Of a stretch of 64,000 bases of DNA, positions 1-14,586 are shown in pieces. Positions within the stretch are counted from its first letter, which is position 1; each line of letters opens with the position of its first letter. Origin of the DNA: Lepidodermella squamata. Lineage: Eukaryota; Animalia; Gastrotricha. Position numbers and translations under genes: made by a program. A model generated the notes under the pieces. It made no database searches. It was not told the DNA's origin and worked only from the letters and a program-made list of their open reading frames with translations. The DNA lies in assembly GCA_047495785.1 (NCBI GenBank), contig JBLDXI010000054.1, forward strand, positions 2,728,001 through 2,792,000, given 5' to 3'.

Positions 1-3000
1 CTGCCCAGCCCATTCCGCCGCCTAAACCGGCTGCAGTTGCTCAGAAGCCTTTGCCTCCACCGCCAGCTCCAACACTGCCGCCTAAACCTCAACAGGTGGC
101 GCCGCCAGCGCCGCCAGCGCCGCCCCCGAAACCGGTTCCACCCCAGCCACCGCCGAAACCTGCCGCGCCACTACCTCAAAAGGCACCATCAGTCCAGCCA
201 GCTAAGCCGGTTCCAAAACCGGAACCAGTTCCGGCACCAGCTCCAGTGTCGGTTCCAGCGCCGGTGCCGGTTCCAGCACCAGTCCCGGCTCCGAAAACCC
301 CAGCAGCTCCAGCTCCTCAACCTCAAAAGGCCGCTGCTCCAACAACCCGGGCGCCAACTTCCCCTCAACAACCGGCGCCGAAAGCAGTACCAATTAGTAG
401 TACCACTCCGGCTCCGATAACAGTTGATACCAAATCTCAGGCATCACCTGTTAGACCTGTCGCGCCTGTATCTCCAGCCGGTTCCGCGTCCCCGGCGACT
501 CGTCGCCAGGTACAGCAGGCGCAAGCGGCTCAGTACCAAGTAACCTTAGCCAGCCAAGTCGAGCGACGCGATGCTTTCCTTCGCGGAACCGCCGACCAGC
601 CTCAGCAAGAACCGCAACCAGCAGCTGCGGCGAAAAGCGCAGTTTCGCCGAAAACTGGGGCGAAGCCACAACCGCAGCAACAACAGCCGCAGCCTGCTCA
701 GCCACGCGTGACCTTTCAAACTTCGCTTCCAGACTCTTCGACGACATCCAGTGGGGATTCACATCCAGCGACACGAACACCTGTCCCTGGGCCGGCAACT
801 GCGCCGAAAAGAGTGAGTTTAAAAAAATCCTCCTTAATTATTTATGATGAAAGCTGATTGCTGATTTTTCTCCTACTTTTTTTTGCCCGGGAAAAAAATC
901 TGGCGTTCTTAGTTACTCGCGTCGCTAAGGCCGAGCACTTGAGAATTTTTTGCGTCTGCTCCTGATTTATGCAAAACTTGAAGATGATTATGCATTCTGA
1001 AATCGATCTTCAATAAGTTCGCCGCCGCCTTTTCGCCTTCTTTTTCTCTCCCTCGCTTTTTGTACTACACTAATCTATGTTGTATTAAAAATGCATTATT
1101 ACGCGAAAGAAACGCGTTCGATTTTATAGCGGCCTCTAAATGGTAAGTAAGTTTCGTTATTTTAGCTGGACTGCACCTTTTTTACTAATACATACTACCA
1201 ACTGATAAAAGGAAATACGAGAGACACACACAGGCCTGGATGTGTGTTTAGCATATATACACTTATTGTCGTTTCGCGACAAAGTTTCAAACAAAATATT
1301 AGTTCATTATTTTTCGGCCACGGATAATGTCATCGATTTCGGAAGCGGCGGCGGTGGTGGTAGTGGTGATGATATGCGTGGTTATTATATTCAACACTGA
1401 TCTCTTCGCGTGCGCGCGTGAAAATTATTTGTAAATATTTTAGCGCGAGCGCGCGCAATAAAAATGCGCGCCCGCAGAGAGAGCGCGATTTGTTGTGCGC
1501 AAACACGTTGCGCGTGCGCGACATGGTTTTTCGCTAAATATAGAAACTGGGGTGCGGTATAGATGTAAGTATATTTTATTTACGCCTCGTTATACTCGAT
1601 ACGCCGATTACACCGCAATTATAAGCCAGAGGCGTGACATTTCGAATTCAGCAAGCAGCGCCGCTTGGTCTCAATCAAAATAACACGTAAATAATAAAAA
1701 CTCCACATTATATGCAACCGATGAAAGACATACTCGCTAATATTGGATTCAGTAGAAAAATAAAACCCGAATCGCCAATAAAAAGTTGTGTCCCCCTCGC
1801 ATTCATGCATCTACTGGCCTAGTTTTTATTAGTGATCTCGACACAAAAAAATGACGCTTTATTCCAAGTTATCTTATCGAAATCGATTGAAGCAACTGCG
1901 AGGTCAGGTGATGCGAATTTTGCGATAATTTGAGCGATTATCATGTCGCCGTGATGAAGGCGATGATGACAGCCATAGCTTCGGCTCGACAATCAACGGC
2001 GATAAGCCCGCCTCGGGTTGATACTATCGCAAATAAATCACCACCGACGTTGTCATCTCTGCAAATATCATCATCATCGAAACATCAACATCAGCAATTT
2101 ATTGACAGTTATCTACGGCAAAGAGTAGGTCACCCTAGGTTGAGATAAATCAATTTTTTATTCACTGCGTAGTATTTCCCGTCTTAATCAAAGCGAATGA
2201 CGTTTCTAAGATTTTTTATTTTCTAGTGCTAAAATAAATTTAGATGGAATTAATATAATTATTTTTCTTATATAGCAATGTCCGAAGTTGCGCGCAAAAT
2301 GAAAAAATGCTCAGCTGTCTTTTTTCGCAATAAAAAAAATCAACTGTAGCTTTCTGAGGCGATGGCTATTAAATTGTGGAAATTAGAGACGCCACCGACG
2401 TCTCCGCGACTAATAAATCGAACGGCATGCTTTTTCGGCGCGATAAAAAAGCGACTCTTCCAATGGCTGGATATATTAACAGCTCGGGTGACACAAGTTA
2501 TACGCATATTACATCATCTGTCTAAAGTTTCCTCTTCTCGTTTCTTTCATCGCTGCATATATATATATATTATATGTGTAAAATCGATGCGTTTTGGAAT
2601 CGAGATTAAATTTTTTCTGTCGTATATTTGCGCATTTTCAGCGTCCACTCGAGTTGCAACGTCATTAGCCGGCGATATTATGATGTTTCTCGCGCATTTT
2701 TTTTCTCATAATATACACTTGCTGATTATTCGCGAGAATCTAATAAGGCCCAATTTTCGCACCAGAGAGGCGCACTAGATGGATGAAATATAATGAAAAT
2801 TAAGCGCATTTTTTCCCGTAATTTTTTCTTGCATATTTTTAGGCGGACAAAAAAATTGACTGCCAGTTTTTTTAGGCGTCAAATTTATTTTTCAGTGCAA
2901 TTCCTGGTAGAATTTCTTATAAAATAGTTTGCTTATCACTTTAGAAATCAAGAATCGTTCATAAGCACTTCGCATTATTTTTCATACTTCATCGGGTCCG

Positions 3001-6000
3001 ATTGGAAGCTTCTGGAAACTTAGCTAATCGGGTTTTCTCTGGGCTTGAATATAATCCGATTTTACTGCGCAAATATACAGGAAATTTAGCGATTAAACGA
3101 TTAAATTCATCGAATATGCGCAAATTCTATAGATTTTTTTCAAAATGTTGTATAAAATGGTGTTGATATCCGATTACTAAATTATAAGAGATCATTTGAA
3201 GACTCTTTGAGACAATTATTTGAAAGAATTTTGAAAATATTTTAGCGTTTTGATTTATTTACCTGGCAACCTTTTTTGAAGCTGAGAGCTTTTTCGGAAA
3301 ATTCAACAAATTGTCCTATTTTTTTATTATTTTCCAATTTTATTGTAATTATTGATTTTTAATTTTTCTTTTTTTCAATTTTTTTCTTAGAAACCAGCGC
3401 CTCCGGTTAAGGAAACAAGTGGCAGCGCCGATCAGCCGCCCTCGCAGCAGCAATCGTCGCCTGCCGTCACCCAGCCGGCGCCCACCGACACCCCGCGCGG
3501 CCGCACCCGGCGGAAACTGCCCGAAGTGCCGGCCAACGCCGAGCCCTTCTCCGGTCCGCCAAGCGTAGCCGGCGCCCCGCTGTCGTCGCTCCTTCAACTC
3601 GCTGCCCTTCACCGCTCAACCTCGCCCAGCAGCCAACAACAGGCCGGCTCGTCGCGAACCCTGCCCCGCTCGAGCCGCTTCGCTGCCTCAACCTCGTCCC
3701 TGCTCGTCACCGACTCATCGCCGGCGCCGTACCGCGGCCTGCTCAGCGGCGGCATCAAGCGATCGTCTTCTGCCGGCCGTGGTACGATAAACGGCGATCA
3801 GTCGCCGGAAAACAGCTCGAGTTTGCTTGTCATCGAATCGACGAATCAGCAGATGACGGCGGCCGGGTCGGACCGCCGCGTTAACTTCAACCTGCCCGGC
3901 GCGCGGCCGCTATTCATCAACACAGCGCCTACAACCACTCCTAGCCACTTCCGCAGCCGATCGCTTCCGCAGTCGCCAGGTAATTAATAAAGAAAAAACG
4001 ATTAAGAAAGAGTTTTGCGATTTTTCATCATTCATCTTTCATACATGAATTTTGAACTTGAATGCAAAAAAGTATTTTGCACTCGATAGGAATTTTTCAG
4101 ATTTTTTTTTATAAATGTAGGTCTTCCTAATTCCTAGGTTTTCCCGCCTCTTCTAGGTCAATAATTAACATCAAAGTCCCACGCGCCGAAGAATTTATCC
4201 GAATTTAGATTGTCTCATTGCTGCTTATAAAAGGGTTCCAGCACGAAATTCTCCCAAAATACGGCATCCGAGCTTCACTCAATTCCCGGAACCTTTTATT
4301 ATCATTCCTAACCGAAAGATCCCCTATTACGCGTATTTTGCGCTGTTTTTGTTTAGGTTTCCATTTATACCTTCTGAGCCGATATCGATTCCAATTATCG
4401 ATTTCGCAAATCAGTGATTTTTAGGGGCACCATTATCGATCAAGGGAAAAATGAAAGTTTTCGGGGAAATTCAGGGGTCGTTCATGGTCAAGTTCAGTGC
4501 TGGAACCTAAATATATAGCCCTCTCAATATTTTTGGGAGTCGATTTTTTCTAGCTGTTTTAAGTCAAATTTTGACCTCAATGTTTCAAAAATCTGACCGG
4601 AATGCTGTCGAATATTTCATTCCTAATGGAAATATTGGCTCTCTGCCAAGTATGATTGTCTACAAGTGTCGATTCGCCAAGAGCTTGCCATTGCTCAATT
4701 TCTGTAAGCTTTCAGCCAGCCGGCTGATTACTTAATCCACCTTATAATCGCGTCTGTCACTTTTTTCGATAATCTCCGAAAATCCGAAAAATTTGCCTCT
4801 GAAATGAGGCTTATTTTTTGAGTAGCAGCAGCTATTGTCTCACGAATTATTTCAGGCCACTTGATTATTACAATATTGATTTAGCTGTCACTCGGGCGTG
4901 GGCGCCATAAACAAAAATAAATCGCGCACGCGAAAACGATTTTCATAGTCGTTCGCCGCGCGGCCAACAAAAATAAATCCACTTTTAAGGCGGCGGCGCG
5001 ACAATAGCAGTAATCACGCGCATACAATAAATTCTGTGTCCAAGAGATCAGCAATCGTGATGTGATTAATATAATAATTTTTCTACTGATTATTTATTAC
5101 GCGCTATTGATTGCGCGCGATGAAATCAATACGGCGCGAACGCGAGACTGCGCCAACATTTTTGTTTCCCGACCATTGTGCGCGGTTAATATAATTTCTA
5201 TTTTTGCCACTCTCGGCGACACTGCTGTTGTATGACAACAATAACAACAAAATTCTGCCGTCGATGAGGAGACTTATATTTATTCTACAATGTTCGCGCT
5301 CGCGCGCGCGATATTTTTCCCCCTCCACTCACTCGCTCGACAAACGCGTTGTTGGCGAGTGAAAAATAGTAGTAGTAGTTTTCGATATTATTATATTTTG
5401 TATTATTACAGCAGCTAGAGCGTTCGCAAACAAATTTTGCGATTGTTGGCGAAAGATGTGCGCTATAGCGATTTAATTCCCTATAGTCGTGTCTCGCTTT
5501 TGCTTGCGATGCTATTTGCCACCTGATTAGCATATATGAATAGTACTAGACGGCCCGGTTTCGGTAGCGTTGCGGAATTACCTGATTAGCGCCTCGCCGG
5601 ATGTGCGCTTGTGTTCTGCTTATATACACAACAATGTTCGATTTTCACGATTTGTCTCGCGCTTTCTATTTATAATATTGAATTTTCATACAATACATCG
5701 CGACGTCTTTAGTTCACGTTATATTTGAGGTAATGAAATTTCCGCGCCACCAGATCGCGAGCTGTAAAAACTATCATTTTTGCTGCTTATAGCCGAGTAT
5801 TTTTATACATTATATCCGGGTTTTAATTTACTCGCGATTATGCCCGCTGATTGAATATTATTATTGCGACTAATATTACGCCGGATTCATGGTCGTCCAG
5901 TTTGTCGCCTGCCCTAGCTGCATTCCTTCTGGTAAAAATATTACAAGTAGTCGATTTTTCGAAATTTTTATACAACACCCCAATAAAAATGAGAAATTTA

Positions 6001-9000
6001 GCTAAAGATATTTCCGACTTCGATTGTATCTCAGCAATTAGGAATTTCGCGTAATCAGCTTTTAAAAAAACGGATCGATTTGTGGGCAAAAACTTCTGGA
6101 GAAGTAACCTTAATATTTTTTTAATAATTATGGGACAAGATTGTGATTTCCCAGATTTTTCTCTGACTTTTTTTTCAATTTTTTTCAATTTTTTATTTTG
6201 AATTAAATTAAAAATGGCGATAATATTTTCAATTTTTTTAGAAAATAAATCGCACACTATTTTAGTCAATTTTTTATTGAGGGTTATTTTCGAAACCGTC
6301 TTTATCGATAAATTTAATTAGTGTCGACTTTAATGGCCTATTTTCGTCCGAATTGAACGTTTTGACCTCGAAACACGTGTTGACCTATATTTTTATATTG
6401 AATCATAGCAATAAAAGAGGCTGGCAAAAAGTAGGTCACGGCTAATTTTGACTAATTTGAAAGCAATTTGAGCAATTTTTTCAGCTTTTGCTAATGATGA
6501 CGTCGAAAATAGGAAGCCGCCTTTAAAATAGTGGGCAAAGCTGATTTTATCGATAGATTCGAATTTATCATAAAGACAGCTTCGAAAATACTTAACTCTC
6601 AATTATTACTCGATCAAATTTTTATAAATTCGATTTTTTTTCAGGGTCACATGTCAGTCCTCGTTTTGGCGGCAGCCCGATACGCGTCGCCTCGCCTGGA
6701 GTAGCCAATTCAAGCGTGACCGGTGAGCAGAGTGTCTCATCGAAGCATGCGTCGCCTCGCCTTGGCGGTTCGTCGCTGCTCACCAGCGGCATGCCGCGAT
6801 TCGTGCACATGCACGGCGTAACAGTGCCGGCCGAAATTAAGGACGTGAAAGACCAGCTCAACCTTGAAATTCGTCTAGCAACGGCGAATCGCCGCCGTTT
6901 ACTCGACGAGTTGGAAATTCGGCGGCTCGAACGGCAGCTCGAGGAGATTCGCGAGCTGGAACGGCAGCAGAAGGTTCAGATGCAGAAGCGGCTCGTTAAT
7001 ACGGCCGATACTGGAATTCGGGCTAAATTGCTACAGCAAACTTCGCCAACTCTGCGGTCGGCCTTGCAGCAGAACAAACCGCAGGCCGGTTCGCAAATGT
7101 CGGTCAGCTTCATGCAGCAGGGCCCGACGCCGCTGATTAAGGAACCGCGGCAGTTGGAGCCGAGCCGGTGGCCGGCGCAAAAGTACCCGCTTCAGAAGCA
7201 ACGCAGCGATCCGGCTCTGTTTTCGCCTGTTCATGTAAGCTCATTATTCAATTGAATTATTCATTGATTATTTGCTGTGGGAATTGTCTTAATTCTCAAA
7301 AATAAGTATAGATCTATGGCTCTATGGTGAGCAAAACAGGTTAAACCGAAGGAAAATGTAACCTAAAAGAAGCAGGATTGCAATTTTACAGGGTCAAGCC
7401 GTTGAATGAAAGTATTAGAAAATTGGATGCTCCTATCTCGGCTTACTCTATACATGGGTCATAAATATATCCCTCTCTTCAGAATAACGATGAAATCGGT
7501 ATTATTTCAGGAAAATTTACCTTCAGCTCTGAGGGTGAGTGTGCCTAGTGCGCACCCTAAATGTAGGGTTCCAGCGCTAAGTTTTAGGCTTTAGCAATCA
7601 GTTTCCTCAAATATTAGTTCCAGCGCGTTCTCCTTTAAATCTAAAAATTTCAAGTATCGTGCGTAACCGTTAGACTCGAGACGGAACTAATCAAAATTCG
7701 GGTTCCAGGACTAGATTCAGGTCTACCTTTTTGGACCTCAGTTTTCAGCTTTCAGCTCCAATTTTACGCACTATACTTCAGCCTGCATAGCCAATATCGA
7801 TTCCAAGTATCGGATTTACAAATCAGGAATTTTTCCAATATCAGCAGTTCATGAAGCCAACATTGAAAACTATTCTACATACCTGGGGGGTACCAAGAGG
7901 TTAAAATAAAAATCCAGTATTAGGTATATCGGTATTATTATCGGGGATGATAGGAGAGCCTCGAATAATACAGTGCCTAGTCGCGCAAATATTTCGATTT
8001 TTTGCAATTGGCTCAGTACCCTGGTTTCGCCTTATTTACATTTAATATCCGCCATTTGAATATTCAAAAAATCTGAAATCGGCGCCGTAACCAATATTTT
8101 ATCATGAATTGTATAGGCTACCGGAGCTTCCAGGTTACTTGGATGACAGAGTTGTTATTTCTCCAATAATTGTGTCTTTTGTAAGACAAATTTTTGCCCC
8201 AGCAGTTTTGATTGACTGTTTGCTAACTTGCTCGATATTTTGTCTAATACTGATACGTTTTTTTTCATACCTATACAGGAAATGTACGGCGATTTCGGTG
8301 ACCAGAGCCAGTCGCAAGCAATGGCGCCCGACGGCTCGCTTCGCCTGCCCATGTCGCACGACGACTCGTCGGCGCGCTTCAGCAACTACGGCACGCTGCC
8401 CCGCGGCGGCATCATCTCGCCCAACACCGGCCGCATCATCCCGCTCTCCAAGTACCGAAGAGGTGCGTACCCATCGTCAACCTTGTTTTTTGCTTATAGT
8501 GTATCAATAATATTAATTACCACACACACGCGCGCGCGCACGGTTGGTTCCGAAAAACAACAACAATCAGCGCGCGGGTAAATGGCCCGACGCGGGTGGG
8601 CGAAAAATCACGCTTGTTTACTTGTATATATATTTTCGCAATAATTTTTTGTCTACACACTCCTCTTGATATTCGAGTGGAGTATAGTAATATTTTATCG
8701 ATAAACAAACAAACACAGTGTAAATATTGGGAAATCGCGTCGCTAGAAAAGCGCAATTGTAGCACGTTTTTCTCAGCCTATGCCTCATCATCATCATCAT
8801 CGCACGTCGTCGTGATAGATAGTAGAGGTGTGCGAAAAATGCCTGCTGGTGCAAATCGATGCGGGGTGGCCACGGCTCGTTGAGCGATCGAAAAGACGCG
8901 CGAGATCACTCGCGCGCGCGTTTTTCCTGCTTATTTTTGCTAATGCTTATAAACCTAAAATCTACCTTTTTATTCAAGGTGCGCCGCGCGTTCGAAACGT

Positions 9001-12000
9001 ATAGTATTTATATATATTATCGAAACGTAAATATCTATATATGCTGATGAAAATAATAATCGCGCACAGCAATAACAACCAGAGAGATTTACGCTCTTCT
9101 TGTTTCGCTGTTTGTTTCGCTGCCGGGCGTGCATTGACTTGATTATCGCCCGATATAAGTAGTATATATTTTTAACACATTTTGTTGTTCGTTTCGAGCG
9201 TGGCGAAAAATTTGCGCTCTTTAGATCAACGCCGCGTATATACATGAAAGCGATTTGTTATTTTTGTTGTTTTCATTATTTATTTTTGCTATGATTTTTG
9301 TTATAATGTTGTATTATCATCGGCGAGGCCGGAAAGCGCGCCACGACCCAAGAATCATCGGCGTCGCCGGAAATCCACAGCAGTATCTTATGTGCTGCGC
9401 GCATTAGTGCGCGCGTCGCCGCCGCAGCCGCGCACAATCTTGTTCTAATGGATTTTACATCAAAATTCAAGTCAACACTGCTCGCGTGCGCCGGCTCGTC
9501 GTCGACTTCATCGCCGGCGTTATTTATCGCCGGGCGGCAGCCGCAGCAGCGAAATCATCATCGCCACGATGATGGCGATGATAACAATCTTGATTATTGC
9601 AATAATACAACAAATAGCGACGATTTTTACGAACTAAGTGAGCGATGCGCGTTATTCCCCCTGCGCTAGCGCATCTTCTCAACTACTACACTAACAGTTT
9701 TTTTCATGCCTATAGCGGAAAGGTTTTAAATAATAACAACAATTTAAGCGCATGCGATGCATTGTCCTCTCTTTTTACTATAATAATAGTAGTAGCAAGT
9801 TTTTATGTGCGCGCGCGCTGCTCTTTTATTATTGGACCGGTGTATTTTTTCTGACCGCGATAGCCTGGATAAAAGTTCCGGAATTCAATCAATGCTCAGG
9901 AAAATAAGATTTTAGGTTCAATTCGTTCCATTTTCCCTGATTTGAACTATTCCACATGGTATCATGATGGTGACCTTAAATTGGGACAATTTTCCTTTTA
10001 AATATTATCCCGATTGTGACCTAGTTTTTTTAGGGTAGGGCGAAGCGCACGGGACAATTTCTCTTAAAATGTGGCTATTCTTGTTTTCTGTTAACTTGCG
10101 CACTTGGTTTCTCTGTGGTAATACCTTCAGAGTCAAACTAGTTATTCAAATCGATTATTCAAAATCGATTTCTAGGATCGATTTTTTGATTACTCGGATA
10201 TAGGAAGTCTGAATAGCGAATATTGGCAATGATTCCGGACACCTTGGGTAAATTTTTTTCCATGGACACCACGTCCCAAAATATCAGACAAGTGCATTGT
10301 TGAGCGCGCGAAAAAGGTCAATTTTTGACCCACTTTAATTGCTGGCATGACCTCATAGTGATACCTCAGGATCCCTGAAAAGGTTCCTATTAGGTCTCTA
10401 ATTACCTCACATTTCACCTTATTGACCTCCTTCTTAAATTTCAGGAATATTCCGGGATTTTATTTATATTCTTTTTCTAATTTTAGGCGAACAAGACTTT
10501 GCTTCTCCGGCATCTACTGCTGCTTCCAACCTTCACACTGCTTCGTCGCAACAGCACCTGCAATCGGGCGGCGACGAAATCGACGCGCACGTTGCGCTGC
10601 TCAAGGACGAAATCTCGAAACGCAAGGAGCAGATCGAGAACACGCAGCTGCTCGAGAGTGAGCTAGCCAAACTAACAGAAGAGGCTAAAAAACGGTGCGA
10701 AAAGCTACAACGCGGCATCGACTACACCCAGCAACAGCCGATCCCTGGTAACATCGTACAACCCCTTGGCGCTAGCTCGGTCCTCACGCCGTCGAACTCG
10801 GCGACTATGAGCAAACCGAACATCATAAGACCCCTAGCACCTGACAGCCCTCTGGTCTTCGGAGGCCCACCGCCGTCTCGCATCATCGCCTCGCCGCCGT
10901 CTTACGCCGACATGGACCCGTACGCGTCGCCCATGCCGGCGCCTGTTCGCATGGCGCCGGAATTCGCGCAGTTCCACGCCGGGCCTTTACTACGGCCGCA
11001 GAGTGTCCGGACAACAAGCCCGCCTAGCCATATGATGCCGCCTCAGCATCAGTTCCAGCAGCAACAGCAGCAACAACAACCGGCGGCTTGTAACCACTGC
11101 TACCACCACGCCCATGCGGCGGCGCAACAGCCGCCACCCCACCACTCGCACCACTCACCCTTCGCCCCGCCCGGGTTCCCGCCGGGTCACTACGAAGATT
11201 TCACGTCGAGATCCGCGCCCGGCCTAGGGCCGAGCCCGCCGGTCGGCATGCCGCCGCCCCCGCCGCAACAACAGGTAATGGCGCCGCCGCCGCCGAACCA
11301 GCGCCTCGTGACCAGCCATGCGGAACTGGGCGGGTTCCAGGACTTTGCGTCGTCATCTCGCCATATTATGTGCCCGCATTGCTCGGTTCATGCTGGTACG
11401 ACGAATCATCTGCTGCACCATCACCCCGCCGGCGATTTTAACCACCATGCGCAAAATGCGCCGCCGAATAGAGCCGTGTTAGCCGGCCTCGGCCAGCAGC
11501 CGGTCAATCAGCTGATTGGCCGGACGACTGCCGATGGTGGGCGGAACGACCCTTCTCAGCTGAATGCCAAGGTGAGCAAAGTCGATTGAAATTGTTCAAA
11601 TTCAAGGTGAAAAATGGGGTTTGGCGAAATTAGGATTTTGATCCAGCTTAAAAAAAGTTGAATTTCAAAAAAATTCACGAAAATTCGCCAAACCCCACGT
11701 TTCACTTGTTATTGTTTGAAACTTCGGATTCTTACAGAAATTAATTTTCGAGAAATTTTATAAAAAAAATATTTATTTTAGGATCATTTTTACGATTACT
11801 ACCCAAACCCGGTACGATATTTATTTAATTTGAAATGCACAATTTTTATATTTTCCCGGATATCAAAATGTCGTCATTATTTATATTTTCGTCAACAAAA
11901 TTTATTCTTTTCCTATTTTTTGACTCGGGTCAATTAAACTCACCTTCGCTGTTTATTTTTCATTTAATTGGTGTCAAATTGAGGGCCTTGAATTTGTTGC

Positions 12001-14586
12001 TGGAAATGTGCATTCATTTGTTGTGGGATTTTTTAATTGATTTTTTTTTAATTTTTCAGAGGCGTGCCTATCCTTTTCCGGTTAAACGAATATTGCTGAC
12101 GCGCGATCCGCGCGACAAGTCGGTGCGCAGCAACGGCCTCGGCATGCGCATCGTCGGCGGCAAACAGGTGCCGGGCGCCGCCGAGGGTGAACTGGGCGCG
12201 TTTGTGGCGCAGGTTTTCCAAGGCGGCGTCGCCGACCAACTGCACGGCGAGGTGAAAGAAGGCGACCAGGTGCTCGAGTGGAACGGCATCTCGCTATCGG
12301 GCCGGACTTTCGAGGACGTGCTTCAAATCATCAATCAGCCGTGTGAAGAAATCGAAATCGTCGTGAAAGCGTAATTTTTTCAATTTTTTCACTGATGAAT
12401 CATCATCACTCATTTTTTATTACAGCGGTGACCCATCTTATCACTCATCGTCAATGTCTCAAATAAACCGGCCCCATTCGAACCATTCGTTTTATGACAA
12501 CATGGAACCCTCGTCCACGGGTGAGTTCGACGCACCCGACGACCGTGGCACCCGGGGTGACTCGTACGGTGACAGCCGGCCTGTCGGGCGCCGAGGGGTG
12601 CCTTACTACGCCGATGAACGGGACATTGCAATGTCCCGAGGCGGCGGCAGTCGGCAACGATTGCCGAGTACCGGTTCGAACAGCCGCGACTTTGGGACAC
12701 CCCGCCAGCAGCAGCAGCAACAACAACACCAAAACACCCGTGGCATGAGGCCGGAATCTTCGTCCTCGGTTGAGATGTTGGGCGGCGACCGAATGGAGGG
12801 TGCCTTGCCTATCGATCAACAGCCGCCTGGTTCGGGTGGGGCTTCGGCTGGGGAGATTCAACTCGCCTTGACCTTCGACGACTATGAGCACGTGCTGACT
12901 GTTGAGGTGCTCCGGGCCCGGGGCCTTTACTCATCGGGTGACCACCCACCCTCTTCCTATGTGCGGCTGAAACTCAACCCTGTTAAAGGGTAAGCATTTA
13001 TCCTTCAATTCTTGAGTGGAAATATTTAAATATAAATGAGAATATTTTTCGAAAGTTGAACTTGAAAATTAAATTGAAATTTTGTGAAATTTGAAATTTT
13101 CGAAAATGAATTTGAAAATTGAATTTCGAATAAAAATGTTTTGAGATTTAATTTTTTGAAATCAATTTCAATTTAATTTTTTGAAATTTCAAATTCATTT
13201 CAAATTCATTTCAATTCAAATTTCAATTTCAATTTTCAAAAATAAATTTCATTAATATTTTACTTTTTTTATAATTTTTTGATATTTATTTTCAAATTTC
13301 AAATTTCAGGCAAAGCTGTATGCAAACCTCGAGTCAGTCTTACTCGACCTCGAACCCGGAATTTCACCAGGTTTTCGCCTTCCCGTTGTCCTCGGCCGCG
13401 AGTTTATCTCGGCGCACCCTGGACGTGGTGGTGTGGGACGTGGTGGATGCGGAGCGGAAGCGCGAGCGCGTGATTGGCGAAACTGTGATATCGATGGCCA
13501 ACACGACGCTGCTCGACGGCCGGCCGCACTGGTTCCGGTTACGCCCGACCTCGCCAACGCCCGCCGACATGCCAACGGCTAGTTCATCGTCGACCATGAA
13601 CGCCATTGTGCACTCACAGGCGATGGGACAGCAGCAGCAGGGTCAACAACAGCAGCAACAAATGATGGGGCAGCAGCAGCCGCAACAGCAAATGATGCCG
13701 CCTCCAATGTCGATGATGAATCAGCCCCAGCAGCAGCAGATGATGAATCAGCAGCAAATGATGAATCAGCAGCAGCAACAGCCGATGATGTCCCAACAAT
13801 CACAACAGCAACAGCCTATGATGCTGAATCAGCCGGATCCGAACATGTACCAGCAACAACAGCCAATGCAGTACCAACAACCCCAGTCGCAACAACAACA
13901 ACAGCCGATGATGATGGGAAATGGCGGGTTGGGCGGTAACCAGTATGGTATGATGTCGAACGGTAATGGCAACTTGCAATCTGGCTATCAGCAGAATAAG
14001 CCGATGGACCAGCAACAGCAACAGGGACAACAACAACAGCAGGGTTTCTCAAGGCAGCGGCACTTGACTGGGGGTAACAACATGTCGGGTGGAAATTCGC
14101 TTGCCTCGTCGAATCAACCAACGCCGGCTCATCATCGCAGTGTCTATTGTAAGTTGTGAAAAAAAATGAATACATTTCGGGTTCCAGGGCTGGATCTTCG
14201 AGTTTCACGTTCATCTTTAAGAACTCAGCTTTCAGCTTTCAGCGCATAGTTTACGCTATTCGCTATACGCAAAACAGCAGAACATCAAATGCGACAAAAC
14301 AGCAAATTTGTTATCCTGCGACAAATCAGGAAAACTTACTATGTAAACGATGCATCGTGTTTCTGCTATTATGTCGCAAGTTGAAAAAGTTGCTGTTTTG
14401 TTGCGTTTGGTGTAATGACGGTTTGCCTAAGTTCTGGAACCTCAACTTCGATAGTGAAAATAATTTGGCCTAAAAAATCATTTTATTTAAAAAACTCCTC
14501 CTTAATATTTATTTTCTTTTCCAGTTGACGATCAAATTCGATGTGTTGACGACTATCCGAACAACACAATGACGCAGTACCGATAA
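1..14586 (+). CDS. PCLO: Piccolo-like presynaptic active-zone scaffold (PCLO/Clarinet/Fife type), 5'-partial
   Basis: Phase-consistent GT-AG exon chain: <1-812, 3391-3979, 6645-7234, 8279-8462, 10487-11571, 12060-12370, 12426-12989, 13310-14148, 14525-14586 (TAA). Encodes a Pro-rich region, RRKLPEVP motif, two coiled coils, a Piccolo-type PDZ (YPFPVKRILLTRDPRDKSVRSNGLGMRIVGGK...GDQVLEWNG), one C2 domain (GEIQLALTFD...DGRPHWFRL) and a Q/M-rich tail. Confidence 0.85.
4233..4507. mobile_element. Non-autonomous TIR element (MITE family GGTTCCAGCAC), intronic
   Basis: Terminal inverted repeat ggttccagcac...gtgctggaacc. The internal motif tatcgattccaa...aaatcagtgattttt recurs at about 7565-7920, 45969-46290, 49140-49250 and (reverse) 50460-50740; related termini at about 14179-14441. 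Confidence 0.55.

Noticed and set aside
1330-10420. Numerous 60-140 aa ORFs within Piccolo introns (and similarly at 57.7-64 kb)
   Set aside because: Low-complexity or random-looking translations, often with non-ATG starts and no domain or splice support.
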